From: Octopus vulgaris
Lineage: Eukaryota
Length of the DNA: 64,000 bases
Assembly (NCBI GenBank): GCA_951406725.2
Contig: OX597824.1
Coordinates: 42,532,001-42,596,000 of the forward strand
Direction of reading: 5' to 3'
Shown here one piece after another: positions 13,510 through 27,505 of the stretch. The notes beneath the pieces are model-generated. The model was not told the DNA's origin and made no database searches. It saw only the letters and a list, made by a program, of their open reading frames with translations. The position numbers and the translations under genes were made by a program. Numbering within the stretch: position 1 is the stretch's first letter; every line of letters begins with the position of its first letter.

Positions 13510-13735
13510 TTATCATTATCACTCGAGGACAGCACTTCCCTTTCCACTCTTAATTTCCCTTTCAAGTGAAACTTGAAGGAGTCAATGAGAGCTCTACCAA
13601 AGAATAATGTATCTATCCTCCTGCCTTTCAGCCTTGTCCACCAAACAACCTCTTTCGCCATAGCCACCAGGCAAAGGGAAACTCACTTGCCTGCCCGATT
13701 GAAGAAGGGCAGCGGTGCGATCATTACAGGCAAAC
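13510..13735 (-). pseudogene. Tx1/L1-clade LINE ORF2 C-terminal fragment
   Basis: AMAKEVVWWTRLKG...FKFHLKGKLRVEREVLSS is homologous to ORF 26381-26605. Confidence 0.7.
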
Positions 13736-13739
13736 TGAC

Positions 13740-14200
13740 CTGATTTCATTGTGAAAAATCATATTGAAAAGACATGTCTTCTGACTGATGTTTCAGTCCC
13801 CACAGAAAAAGTGTATCTCCAAAAACGCTTGGAAAACTGATCAAGGACCTGGAGGTTGAAGTCGGAGGAATATGGCATCTCAAAACAACAGCATAACCTA
13901 TTATCATCGGGTTACTATTATCAAGAGGAATAAACAAGAATGTAAACCAAATTCTTGGCAGCTCCAAAATGAGCGAATTACAAAAGATCATACTTATTAG
14001 GTACCAAACATTCTACGTAAATTCCTCTCCATCTATATGCAACCTTACGCACTCGGTATTTTTTCTGCCATAATATCGGTATTTCCAATTGCATGGCACC
14101 TCACCTGTTAGCATCTTCAGATACAAAACTTTGTGGTCCATTGACTTCTCTGGTTGAGACTTGGGAGTAGCCTGTATAAAGTAAAGCAAAGCCAAAACAG
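13740..14200 (+). pseudogene. R4/Dong-type non-LTR element: restriction-like endonuclease end plus 3' UTR
   Basis: TCLLTDVSVP..KDLEVEVGGIWHLKTT..PIIIG..ELQKIIL..ILRKFLS with frameshifts, matching the RLE motif IDVSIP..KYKDLEIE..MW..PIIIGALG. Confidence 0.7.
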
Positions 14201-15609
14201 AACATAGTAATTCTTTTTACTTTAGGCACAAAGCCTGAAATTTGGCGGAAGCTTCGCAGAGTCGATCACATTGATATATATTTGTCCTCCCATCATCGTT
14301 TGACAACCGATGCAGGTGTGTTTACGTCGCCGTAACCTAGCGGTTCAGCAAGTGAGCCCGATAGAATAAGTACTCAGCTTACAAAGAATAAGTCCTGGGG
14401 TCGATTTGTTCGACTAAACGCAGTATTCCAGCATGGCCGCAGTCAAATGACTGAAACAAATAAAAAATAAAATAATATATTTATATATGTGTGCGTGTGT
14501 GTATGTGTGCGTGTGTGTGTGTGTGTGTGTGCGCGCGCGCGCGTGTTTGTGTGTGTGCGAGCGTGTGTGTGTGTGTGTGCGTGTGTGTGTGATAAACAAA
14601 ATACAATTCATGATTAAAAAACCCACAGTTTTATTTTGATTAAACTACCAGCGTCTTCAGTGCAAAACCTTTGAATGCTGTTCACCTGCCTTAACATCTG
14701 TGGCTGTCACCTATTCGCACTACGTTTGTTGTCTTCTTTTCCTAGCATGTCAGTTGAAGCACACATTGAGTTTTATTAAGATGCTATGTAAGATTCTTTT
14801 GGTGGTTTCCGGTGAGAAGGCTTTTGTCCTTTATCCCAGTTAAGAATCCTTCAGTCTTCGATAAGAATCTTGTTCATCTCAGCCAGTGTTACAATTATTG
14901 TTTGTCTATTACAGCCTTGTTTTATATTTCTTCGCTTCCTTGAACACACAAAATAACTTTTTGTCTTTTACATATTTTGGAGCAATAATTTAATTTAGAT
15001 TTCCATTATCCTTTATTAGATATTTTTGTAGTCCTAAATTTCATATATAATGACGATTTTCTAGTTACATAAGAGTTCTAACTCCCTGTAATCGTAGTAA
15101 ATGTAATCTTACTACGTCAGATTTTGAGCTGTGAATTCTAAATACAGTCATTAATTTTCATGATTTAAAAACTTTTTTTGATAGTTCATTTAACGTCCAG
15201 TTGAGAACATCAAACTATAGCTTATTATTGGAACAGCTCGTGTATTGAGGACTTTTACTGGATTATTATCAACTCTTTCGCGTATAATTCCATAATAATC
15301 CAATTAATGTCTAAGATATTCGTTTCTACACTTTTCTTCAATTTTTGCATTTTGAATAATATACATACTTAGATATGTTTAGATATGTATGTGCACATGT
15401 CAGTATGTACGAATCTAACGGAGGCTTCAAAAGACATTTTAAAATGAACAAAGATCAGAACTTATCTGCAACTCTTGGTGGTCCAAACCGGATCTGCAAT
15501 CCATATAGGTGTCTTTTCAAAACATAGTCTAGTTTAAAAAGTCACATCAGATGCCATGATGGTTGTAAGGTGTAAGTACAGGAGGTGGTCAAACTCTGAT
15601 AAGGCGTGT

Positions 15610-15683
<74 letters not shown>

Positions 15684-15694
15684 ATATATATATA

Positions 15695-16088
15695 AGGAGT
15701 GGCTATGTGGTAAGTAGCTTGTTTACCACCCACATGGTTCCGGGTTCAGTCCCACTTCGTGGGACACTTGGGTAAGTGTCTTCTACTATAGTGTCGGATC
15801 GACCAAAGGCCTTGTGAGTGGATTTGGTAGACGGAAACTGGAAGAAGCCCGTCGTATATATGTATATATATATATGTGTGTATATGTTTGTGTGTCTGTG
15901 TTTTCCCCCTCCCTCAACATCGCTTGACAACCGATGCAGGTGTGTTTACGTCGCCGTAACTTAGCGGTTCGGCAAAAAAGACCGATAGAATAACTACAAG
16001 GCTTACAAAGAATAAGTCCTGGGTTCGATTTACTCGACTAAAGCGCTCCAGCATGGCCACAGTCAAATGACTGAAACAAGTAAAAGAG
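15695..16088 (+). mobile_element. Near full-length SINE family A with internal microsatellite
   Basis: GGAGTGGCTATGTGGTAAG head, B-box GGTTCAGTCCC, internal (TA)/(TG) tract, tail ...GACTGAAACAAGTAAAAGAG. Confidence 0.85.
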
Positions 16089-16239
16089 TGTGTTGGTATG
16101 TAGCTGTATGTATATATGCGCAAATACATGCATGCCTGCATGTGGGTGCGTTGTAAATGCGTGGCTATATAACTGCATGTGAATATGTGCATGCGCACGA
16201 GTGTAAGTGGATGCCAGAGTGCGTGTGTGTGTGTATATA

Positions 16240-16308
<69 letters not shown>

Positions 16309-16709
16309 ATATGTATGTATGTATATACATATATGCATATATACGTATCCTTTCGGGGTCGATAAATTAAGTACCAGTTACGCACTGGGTCGATGTAATC
16401 GACTTAACCCGTTTGTCTGTCCTTGTTTGTCCCCTCTGTGTTTAGCCCCTTGTGGGTAGTAAAGAAATATATATATAAATATTTATATTATATACATATA
16501 TAAAAACACATATATGAATTTATATAAATACACACACACACACACACACATATATGTATATTATATATGCATACAAACTTAGTATCGTAGGAGAATTATA
16601 TGGAGACAGTTACACAAACACAAACACACACAAACACACACACACATGTAGGCACGCTATTCCTTTCGTTTATTTTTTGTCTTTTATCAATATTAGTATT
16701 ACTACGATC

Positions 16710-16839
16710 ATATTATCGTTATTGCTATTATTATTATTATTGTTGTTGTTGTTATTATTATTATCATTGTTGTTGTTGTTGTTGTTGTTATCATCATCAT
16801 CATCATTATCATTATCATTACCATACATTTTATTATTAA

Positions 16840-16876
<37 letters not shown>

Positions 16877-16922
16877 GTTATTGTTATTGTTATTATTATT
16901 ATTATTATTATTGTTGTTATTG

Positions 16923-16960
<38 letters not shown>

Positions 16961-16982
16961 GTTGTTGTTGTTGTTGTTGTTG

Positions 16983-17019
<37 letters not shown>

Positions 17020-17021
17020 CA

Positions 17022-17085
<64 letters not shown>

Positions 17086-17115
17086 CATCATTATTATTAT
17101 TATTATTATTATTAT
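16710..17115. repeat. (TTA)n/(TTG)n/(TCA)n trinucleotide array
   Basis: Direct; explains the poly-L ORF 16554-17282. Confidence 0.95.
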
Positions 17116-17662
17116 ATATTTTAAATCCCGTTTTTTATTGGCAACGTTATTTCATTCTACTGTTTGTTTTTTCACCTTTTTTCTTTCTTTCTTTACTTCG
17201 TTTGTTTTTGCTGTTGTTTTTGATAGCGATGGTGATGGAGGGGGACACAGAGGCCGAGGCAGGCAGGCAGGCAGGCAGGTAGGGTGACGGTGGCCTTCTT
17301 CATTTCTTTCTATTTCTTTTCCTTTTTTTTTTCTTTTCAATAACAATGTACATAACGACATTTGTTACAGCTTCCTTCATTCAAATGTCACAGCTTTGTC
17401 ACCCTGCTTCGCACACATATTCAACATCGTCCACCATTGCACGAGAGATGCATTTCCTATCCGTCCAATCTGATAAACTTCCGCTTATCAGCCATGTGTA
17501 AAGTGTCCTTTTCACTCCGACTCCCTTTCTTTCCTTTTCTTTGTTACCTTATGTCCTTTCTTCCTTCCTTTAGTCTTTCCTTCCTTGTATTCATATCGTT
17601 TTTTTTTACTGTCATTGCAAGCATTCTACACTTTTTGTTATTCTTCAAATTTCATTTGCTCC

Positions 17663-17736
<74 letters not shown>

Positions 17737-17751
17737 TTTTATTTATTTTCA

Positions 17752-18010
17752 CTTACTTGTTTCAGTCTTTTAACTACGACCATGCTGGAACAGCCCCTTT
17801 TGTCATAGAAATTGACCCCAGGACTTATTCTGTGTAAGCATAGTACTTATTGTATCGGGGTCTTTACGGGGACGTAAACATACCAACATCAGTTGTCATG
17901 TGATTATGGGGGGACAAAGACACACACACAGGAACATACACACACACAAGCACATACACACACACAGGCACATATACACACACAAGCACATATACACACA
18001 CACAGTTAAA

Positions 18011-18059
<49 letters not shown>

Positions 18060-18200
18060 CGACGGGCTTCCTTCAGTTTCCGTCTACTAAATCCACTCAC
18101 AAGGCTTTGGTCGGCCCGAGGCCATAGAAGAAGACATTTACCCAAAGTGCCATGCAGTGGGACTGAACCCGGAACCATGTGGTTGGTAAACAAGCTACTT
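17752..18200 (-). mobile_element. SINE family A copy
   Basis: Reverse complement of 15695-16088 with an expanded internal (CA)n. Confidence 0.8.
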
Positions 18201-18792
18201 TCCATATACACACACTCACACACTCACACACTCACACACGCACACACACGTATATATATTTATATATACATGTGCATTACTCGATATGGAGCAAATAATT
18301 CAAGATATTAATTTTGTCATTATCCAGAGTAACTATTTTAAAAAAATTATAATAACAGAATCAATAATATAGGTGATTGCAGGCGCCCAAGCCCACCCAC
18401 CCACCCAAAGCATTAAATATCTGACGGATTAATCCTTCAGATATATAAATGTATATATATGTATGTATATATATATTCATATTTATATATGTGTGATATG
18501 TATATATAAATATATACACACATATAAGCATATATATATATATATATAATATATATTCATATGTATTTATATATGTGTAATATGTATATATGAATATATA
18601 TATACATATACCTATGTATATATGTTGCTTGTGTATATGCGTATAATTGCATACATATGCATATATGCGTGCGTGTATATATCAATGTATGTGTGTAAGT
18701 ATGCGTGTGCGTGTGCGCGTGCGTGTGTTTGCGAGTGTGTGTGTGTGTGCATGTGTATGAGTGTGTGTGTGTGTGTGTGAGCGTGTGTGTGT

Positions 18793-18831
<39 letters not shown>

Positions 18832-20554
18832 ATGAACACTCTTCGGAGATGCATGAATGCACACACCCATGTGCTTTTCTTTTTCTTTTTTTTATTTTAC
18901 TTCAGTTATGTTTTGCATTTTCGTGAAGGTGGAGCTGGGGTACATTTAGATTTAATTTTTCGAGGGAACTATTACATAAGACAATGAAGAAATCAATTGT
19001 GGTGACCTGGTGTTTACGTTTATTAAACAGGTATATTCATTCAGAAACCTAAACAACTATACGCCTACGAAGATGCATATAAATATATATATGTGTGTGT
19101 GATTGCGTGTGTGAGTGCGTGCGTGTGTGTGTGCGCGTGTGCATATGTACGTGTGCATGTGTACGTGTATGTATGAGTGTGTGTATTGCTGTACTGAGAG
19201 AAATGTCTGTCTCTGCTCAGAGTTTTGCGCATGTCACTGATTACGTAGTAGATTTACACGTGAGAGCACACTGCATTTTCTCTAGAATCGTTTTTCCTGC
19301 CACTGTCCTAGGGGAGAAAACTCTTACCTATGACATGATGCACCTACAATGTGCTAAATGCTTAGTGGCATTTCGTCCGTCTTTATGTTCTGAGTTCAAA
19401 TTCTGCCGAGGCCCTCTCTCCCTTACAACTCTTTTGGGATCGATAAAATAAGTACCAGTTGAGCATTGGGGTCGATGAAATCAATTTACCTCCCACCCCA
19501 AAATTGCTGGCCTTGTGCCAAAATTTCAAACCAATATATATCAGTTACTTTTCTATCTGTTATTATGATGTATTACAAACACAAACACAAACACACATGT
19601 ATATATATATGAATATACATATACACACGCACACATATATGTACAACACGGTTTAGTTATACGTTTCATTATTATTTTTTCATTATTTTGGATTAAAACC
19701 ATAAACCAATGAAACAAGAAAACGAAATTGGTTTTATTTTTCATTATTTAATTATATTTATTTTCTATGTTTATTACAATTTTATTTTTATTTTCATTAT
19801 TATTTCACTTGCCATTTCCATATTTGACTTTCTCAGATTGTTATTCTTTTCAACATACACCCCATATCCCGCAATTCTCGATAGTTCCCATAAAATTTGT
19901 CCTGTCCCATTGTTAATAATTAGAATAATATTATTATAACTTCAAATTTTTAATTTCTAAATTTCATTATTATAAAATACCTAAATAATTAATCATTAAT
20001 TTTTAATTATCTCTTTTCAATATTAACTACCTTATTAGATTTACAGCAGAACATTTTAATTTATTCACTAATTCCCAAATACAGGCTTAGATAGACTGAA
20101 CTATAAGACAATGGATAGAATACATTTATCTCTGAGTATAGTTATATATATATGAGAAGGGTATAAATAATGGTCACATACTTTTCCTTTATTGGAGTAC
20201 ATTTGGCGCACAGCTGATTCCAACAGATATAATAGGTTCGCTACTGATAGGTTTCTCAATTGGTCTATTGATCAGACAGGAAACAGCTGAAGGCCAAATT
20301 TACTCCAAGAAAGAGAAAATACGTAATGGCCACTATTTTATACCTTGTTTGAATATCACTGTGTAAAAACCAGTTCAACTGGAGGGCAGACACGGATTTA
20401 CCACATAGAATGGTGATGAACTATAACCTCGGAACCCCGCTATGAGAATTTTTGGTGTTCTTTACTAAGCTAAACAATATGGTTTGCCTAGTGGGCCAAC
20501 AGAGGGTTTATGAAGTACTTTGCCCGGATTGATAATCCCGTACCAATAACTATG

Positions 20555-20601
<47 letters not shown>

Positions 20602-20604
20602 TAT

Positions 20605-20850
20605 AATGGACTTACCGAACAACCACACAGATGATTTGTTTATAGTGATCAAATGTTTGTGTAGACATAAGCTCACTCCCTCCATCAAATCGACATTACC
20701 TGTACAGGTACGACTGGTTGTCACACGTCGAAAGGATCGCAGAGCAACGTGAAATAAAGTGCTTTGCTCAAGAACACAAGGAGTGCCCAGTCTGGGAATC
20801 GAACCCACGATCTTGCAATCGTGAGTGCAACACTCTGACCACTAAGCCAT
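20605..20850 (-). mobile_element. CORE-like SINE (head B), tail type 2
   Basis: Same head and core as 9640-9770 but an unrelated 3' tail. Confidence 0.7.
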
Positions 20851-20984
20851 GTTTGTGTTTGTGTGTGTGTCTGTGTCTGTGTGAATGTTTTATCTTTCAT
20901 CTCTTACATGTTTCAGTCATTTGACTACATGCTAATAGTGTTTTTTTGCCGAACCACGAATCATGGGGATGTAAACAAACCTCA

Positions 20985-21690
20985 TATTCCTCAAGTTTGT
21001 GCTTGGTCACATTGGCAGTATGTGCAGGAGCATTGCCATGCTGTATGAGTGCGCGTCTTCTATTGACCAATACCGTATAGCGGGCTTTCGAAGCATTATA
21101 TACACGCTGTAGTTGTTAAACATAAAGTTAACGTTCAATGCATGACTGTGGGGCAAGTTTAAAGTGAAACACCTCTTGGAAATTCTACCAAGCACACATG
21201 ACATTCTGTTCAAACAGCTCTTGTTTGAAAACAGGTTCTGAAACGTCGCCGGAAAGAAACCACTAATTTCTCTTAGTAGGATTATGAAAAGAGATCCAGT
21301 TTTCATCCTTAGTTACAATTCAATACCAAAAACGTGCATCTCGAAGATTTCGATCCCAGTTATTTGCAAATATTCACCTGTCGTTAAGCCTGGTCATTGA
21401 CCAATTCATAAAAAAACTGTTCACATCGTGAAGGCCCAAATTCTACCGACATTGTAGGAGTGCTTGTGCTTGGCTATTGTTCAGCTATTTCAATCAAGGC
21501 TTCATCTTCGACAAGAGATCTCCCTGACATTGGTTTGTCTTCCAGACTGGTTTCACTTTCTAAGAAAAGTCTGAACCAGCTTGGTGCGTCACGTGATTTT
21601 GAGAGTTCCTGGGTCTTCCACTTCATCATTAATTCCTACTGCCACTGCCCTGCTGCACTTGCAATCAGTATGTGTTTTTGTGTCTCTTTG
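20985..21690 (-). pseudogene. mariner transposase remnant
   Basis: Minus strand translates as WFRLFLESETSLEDKPMSGR (HTH), IVTKDENWI (first D) and LIQHGNAPAHTA (second D), with stops and frameshifts. Confidence 0.8.
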
Positions 21691-21985
21691 GCCTTCACCA
21701 CCAATTGGCAACCGATTTCGGCGTGTTTACGTCCATGCAACTGTGCGGTTCTGCAAAACGGACCGTTAGAATAATTACTGGGGCCGATTCGTTCGACTAA
21801 ACTTCTTCAAGACGAAGCCCAGCATAGCCGCAGTTTAATGACTGAACCAAGTAAAAGAATAAAAGAATATATGTATGTTCACATATATACACATATATAC
21901 ATGCTTATACATATTAAGATATATGCATACATACATACGTATACATATGCATATACATAAGTACGTGCATAAATACAAACATACA

Positions 21986-22019
<34 letters not shown>

Positions 22020-22761
22020 CATGTATATACATACATACATACATACATACATACACACACACATATATATTTGGTGTGACATGCGTAATGCACTCGCTTC
22101 TTGACGTGTTTATACTTCAGGGAGAAAAGCCAGGGAAAATTAAATGCACGCGCGCACACACAGACACACACACACGCATACACACGCACACACACACACA
22201 CACACACACTCACACATACACACAAACACGCACAAGAAATACAAAACGAAAATAATTGCTAAAAATTGCGTTACATGGCATGGAGTCGTTGAAGCAAATT
22301 ATACGGGTTGTATTTAATTTTGAAGTAACATTATTTATAACATTATTCGTGGAGCATGGATCGAGATATTGTATATCACTCAAGCGTTACTGTGGCATTG
22401 GGAAAGACGCATAAGTTTATATGCCTAATTAAGATATAATTATTAATCATATTGATTGAATGCTGACTCATATATCAGCGTGCCCTGAAGCAAACGCATG
22501 AAATTTGACCTGAAATCAAGTCGAAAGTTATAAGTTTATGTGTAGTACGCTTTATAAATCTGTAATACAAATATCTACTAAAAGTTATTTACAAAGCAGC
22601 ACATGAATTTATACATAAATAAGTTTATCAGATATTTAATTATATGTGTATATACATATATATAAATATATATATAGCAGAATTAGAAATAGAAAATCCT
22701 TGGTACGGTATTACATATTTGAAAAAGTGAATAGAAACGGCTTTCCACAAAGTTGTACTTT

Positions 22762-23077
22762 TATTCTTTTATTTGTTTCAGTCATTTGACTGCGGCCATG
22801 CTGGAGCACCGCCTTTAGTCGAGCAAATATGCCTAATACTTATTCTATTGATCTCTCTTACCGAACCGCTAAATTACGGGGACGCAAACACACTAGCATT
22901 GGTTGTCAATGTATATACGACGGGCTTCATTCAGTTTCCGTCTACCAAATCCACTCACAAGGCTTTAGTCGGCCCGAGGCTATAGTAGAAGACACTTACC
23001 CAAGTTGCCACACAGTGGGACTGAACCTATAACCAAGTGGTTGGTAAGCAAGCCACTTACCGGCCACTCCTGCGCCT
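22762..23077 (-). mobile_element. SINE family A copy
   Basis: Reverse complement of the family A consensus. Confidence 0.8.
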
Positions 23078-23093
23078 ATACACACACACATAC

Positions 23094-23139
<46 letters not shown>

Positions 23140-23224
23140 GCACACACACACACACATATATATATGCACACACACACGTATATATAAACATGTGTATGTT
23201 TATATATTTATGTGTATATATATT

Positions 23225-24406
23225 CATGGTGTGTAAAATATTTGAGGACAGAATTATGTTTATAAAAAATCAGATATATAATAACAGATAATAACTTTAT
23301 TTATCAAAAAATGCTATAAGGATAAAAATAAACCTTTTTTTTCTATGTTGTTATTCAACAAAGCCACCTTCAGCTTCAACAACTGCTTCTGTATGAGATC
23401 TAAATCATCTACATGCTCAAATCATGTAGTCCTGGTTCATTTTAGACATTACTCTGACTATGACAGCTTTCATAGAATCTTTGGTATTGTGTACGTGTTC
23501 ATTGACCTCTCTTTCTCAACAATGTTCCAGTTCCATATGTAATAGTCCAATGGACTGAGGTCCGGGGAATTAGGAGGCCAAATGTTAGGGGTTATGTGAT
23601 CAGGAAAATTTTCAGCCATTCATTTCTGTGTTACTAGAGCCATGTGTGATAGTGCAGAGTCCTACTGAAACATATACGGCCATCCATTGCATACACTGTC
23701 TATCCAGGTGTAACAATTATTTCCAGGACCTCAAGGTAGGCAGCAGAGTTAACTCTAAGGCCTTGTGGAAAGAAATAAGGAGGCATCACATGTCCTTCAT
23801 TGCTGACAATCCCTAAAATCATGACAGTTTCAGGAAATTTTGTATGCATAACACTTAGAACTTCAGTAGGGTCTGCACATAGCCATTTGTCATTTCTTCT
23901 GTTAACTTTTTGATCTTGGTCGAAGTTTTTCTCGTTTGAGAAAAAACAAATCAAATCTTCTGTTGGATTTTTCAGTTTGTTTAAGAGCCTTTTAGATCTG
24001 AATTAGCGATTTTCTTTTGCTTTTTCGGACAATTTGACCTATCCTCATCATATAAGACTTATATCTGATGTCTTCGTGGACAACATTTCTGATTGTTCCT
24101 CCTGACACTTGGAGATCTTTTGCAATTGGCCTCATGGACTTTCTGAAATTGCAATCAATAGTCTATTGAATTTGCTGAATAAATTCAGGTGTTCTGATGA
24201 TTTCAGAGCGTTTAGAATACTTTTTATGCTTTGATACTGGCGATACGTTTCCATCTCCAGTCTCCAGCTCCTTACTAACTTTGTAGACAAAAGATCTGGC
24301 AACATTTAATACTCTAGATATTAGTAAATCACTATGCACAGTCTTTATAACCACAATAACAGCTTGACCCCAAAAAGGTATGTCCTCAAATATCTTACGC
24401 ACCCTA
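23225..24406 (-). mobile_element. Tc1/mariner transposon, maT (DD37D)-like, inactive
   Basis: 26-bp TIRs at 23225-23250 and 24381-24406 (22/26 identical). Motifs FFSNEKNF, TKFPETVMILGIVSNEG and WPPNSPDLSPLDYYIW. Confidence 0.85.
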
Positions 24407-24862
24407 TCGCCTGGCTCTTTCAAGGTAATGGACGACATTTCTTTTCGCTCCGCTCGTCGTCCATAAAAAATTCTGCGTTTGCAATACTTTTTTTCGTTCG
24501 GCATCAACAGCCCTTCTTATCTTGTTTTTCCTTGTCCTGTCCTTTACTATTTACAATTTGTACTCTCGTTACTGTCCTGTTTTTACCATTTTTTACCCCT
24601 CTGCGAAAAGATCTCAGAATTTTAATTGATTTGCTTTTCGCAGGAAGGAAAGTTTTCTTGTCGAAGATACGTCTCGCTTTTATCCTTCGAAACGTAGAGT
24701 AGAGGAAATCTTTAGCGACTGAAGAAGGGGTTTTTCTTTGTGTTAATTGTCCTGTACTCTATTTTTTTTTGCTGTTTTTAAATAAATGTCCAGTTCCTTT
24801 GTTTTGTGTCTATGTTTTCGTTTCTCTTTGTGTTCGACGTCCTTTTGGTGTCCTGTACTCAT

Positions 24863-25072
24863 ATATGCGTGTATATGTACATGTAGAGGTAGGTACGTAC
24901 ATATATGTTTATATATATGCATATGTTTTATTTTATTTATTAATATATTATATATATATATATATATACTGATATATATATATATAATATATTAATAAAT
25001 AAAATAAAACATATGCATATATATAAACATATATGTACGTACCTACCTCTACATGTACGTATATACGTATGT
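24863..25072. repeat. Near-perfect ~100-bp-arm inverted repeat of low-complexity DNA
   Basis: GTACATGTAGAGGTAGGTACGTAC... is mirrored by ...GTACGTACCTACCTCTACATGTAC around a (TA)n centre. Confidence 0.9.
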
Positions 25073-25150
25073 ATTTATGTATGTACGTTTATCAAGAGTG
25101 TAACATAAAAATAATAAATAAATGAAAATATTGGTATCACTTTTATTATC

Positions 25151-25252
25151 CAGTTACGATCGTTTTAAAACCAGATGAGATAGTTAAATCAATTAACATA
25201 CTAGAACATATATATTTACTATGATTAGGAAAGCCCTGGCCTTATTAAACTG
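25151..25252 (-). ncRNA. Decayed type I hammerhead, U3-A8 type
   Basis: CAGT TTAATAA GGCCAG...CTGGTT tt AAAAC GATC GTA ACTG; G5 and G12 are mutated. Confidence 0.4.
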
Positions 25253-25901
25253 TCACTTCAAATAGTGTAATACCATTGCACATGTCCTTCAGGGCTTACC
25301 CCTTTCTTCTAATTAATGTCCATTTGAGAATATCTCTGTATTTTACTGCTACTCAGATATGAATACCTTCCTCTCTGCTCAGCTTCTTTGCTACAAAATC
25401 CATCATTTGACCTGCTTGAGCTAGTGAATCTGGCGTCACAGTAAATGTTATCTCGTAAGTCTATGCGTCTTTCTGTATATTGTATTCATTTAGTTCGTGC
25501 GCCTTTTTTATATGTTAACCAGAATATTTTATCGCAAAGACATTTCTAAGTCCCATTAATAACTGCATTAATAACAGCATTCGTTTACGTGCAATCGAAA
25601 CACAGTGTTTCAAAATCCTGATGCAATGATAATTTCACGTATTCTTTTACTATTGCAAGGATTTGCTTAATCATTGGATGCTCCAGCATGTTACGTGATT
25701 TACTTATCCACCAGATATTCAAACAATCATAGCTAAATAATAAATGCGATACCAATACTTTCATACCTATGTTTTCTTTCATACACACACACACACACAC
25801 ACACACATACATACACATATAATTAGATAAAGATAGTTATGGGCTGTGTCTGTCTGTCTCTGTTTCTCTGTTTCTCCCTCCCCCTCTTTCTCTCTCTGTA
25901 T

Positions 25902-25934
<33 letters not shown>

Positions 25935-25946
25935 CAGGTAGGTAAG

Positions 25947-25991
<45 letters not shown>

Positions 25992-26020
25992 TGATTGATT
26001 GATTGATTGATTGATAGATA

Positions 26021-26672
26021 TGTTTCTTTATTAGCCACACAGGGCTGCACACAGATAGAACAAATTACAAGGTAGAGCTTTTCTTTTGAAGGTAAAAAAA
26101 AGGGGGGGTGTTCGATCAAAAGGGATCGTAAAAGGAGAGAAAGAGGACAAAAAAGGGGGGGTTAAAAAAGGGGGAGAGGAAAAAAATTGATCAATAGGGA
26201 TCGTTATCACAGAAATGTCAATATGAAGTGTAAAGGGGAGGACAGGTGAGGTTTACACGTGGAAAGAAAAGCCTACGGAAAAGACCACGGTAACCTCGGT
26301 CAATGAAGTCACATGTTATATTTCTTTCTTTTATTTTTTTTTTTTGCAAATAAGCAACTCTCTGTATTAATTTTTATGGTTCATAGAATCATAGTCAAGG
26401 TGGCTTCGTCATTCATACGTGCCATCCTTGCTACATTCACCCATCTTTTTTTAAAACATTCACTAGACAAAACTTGCCTCTCTACTCTCACTTTCCTCCT
26501 CAAGTGATACTTGAAGAAGTTGATGAGAGATTGACCAGAGAGGAAAGTGTTTGTCTCTAATCCTTTCAGGCGCGTCCACCAGATACATTCTTTCGCCATA
26601 GCCACAAGTATGATAAAAATAGCTCTTCCTTCCCGTTTGAAGGAAGGAGGCGTGACGATATTAACGATAGAC
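26021..26672 (-). mobile_element. 5'-truncated Tx1-clade LINE embedded in a (GATA)n array
   Basis: ORF2 C-terminus AKECIWWTR...FKKRW (26381-26605); 3' UTR ends AATAAAGAAACA; (GATA)n on both sides (25900-26020 and 26673-26910). Confidence 0.8.
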
Positions 26673-26699
26673 TAGATAGATAGATAGATAGATAGATAT

Positions 26700-26749
<50 letters not shown>

Positions 26750-26787
26750 TGATTGATTGATAGATAGTTAGATAGATAGATAGATAT

Positions 26788-26825
<38 letters not shown>

Positions 26826-26846
26826 TGATAGATAGATAGATAAATT

Positions 26847-26910
<64 letters not shown>

Positions 26911-27342
26911 TACACGTACATTGTCATATTTGGGGATGGACATATTTTTTGCCAATTAATTCTTATACTAGACTCACTGTCGTTGTGTATTTATTGTTCT
27001 TCATAAATATTTTTGGTGACTTTTCGCTCTCTCCCAAGAACTGAGGTCGATTCAATTGACTAAAATTCCTCAAGGCCTCTAATGACTGAAGCAAGTAAAA
27101 GTGAAAGGATAGCTAAAATCCTAAATTGAACAAAGCTCTGTGACTATCAACTGAAGACTGCAGTTTGGAACCTGCCTGGGTTTTGCACTACCCAGCTCAT
27201 CTGTGCACGTGTGTATGTCAGAGAGAAAAAGAGAGAAAGAGAAGGAGAGAGAAAAAAGGAAGAGAGAGAGAGAGAGAGAAAAGGATGAAGGGAGATATTC
27301 TGTCATTGTTGAACAAAATAATGCTCAATATTTCCTTTGATA

Positions 27343-27505
27343 ATGTCGTCCGTCTTTACCTTCTGAGTTCAAATTCCGCCGAGGTCGACTTTGCCTTTCT
27401 TCCTTTCGGAGTCGATAAAATAAGTACCAGCCGAGTACTGGGATCGGTGTAATCGACTTATCACCCCCGCCCGAAATTGCTGGCCTTGTGCCAGAATTTG
27501 AGACT
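27343..27505 (+). mobile_element. 5'-truncated Meta-like SINE with 16-bp TSD
   Basis: TSD at 27327-27342 and 27506-27521; the empty site AATATTTCCGTTGGTA is visible at 28418-28433. Confidence 0.8.

Noticed and set aside
16554-17282. Longest ORF (242 aa, poly-Leu) and the many VCVC/YIYI/HTHT/LSIY ORFs
   Set aside because: These are translations of stop-free microsatellites with no domain content.
20240-20300. Hammerhead candidate (TTGATCA...GAAACAGCTG)
   Set aside because: No convincing stem II, a 3-8 mismatch and no NUH triplet.
24625-24735. Hammerhead candidate (GAAGGA/TCCTTC GAAACGTA; nearby CTGAAGA)
   Set aside because: The core position reads TTCGCAG, and the CTGAAGA lies downstream without a following stem II and GAAA.
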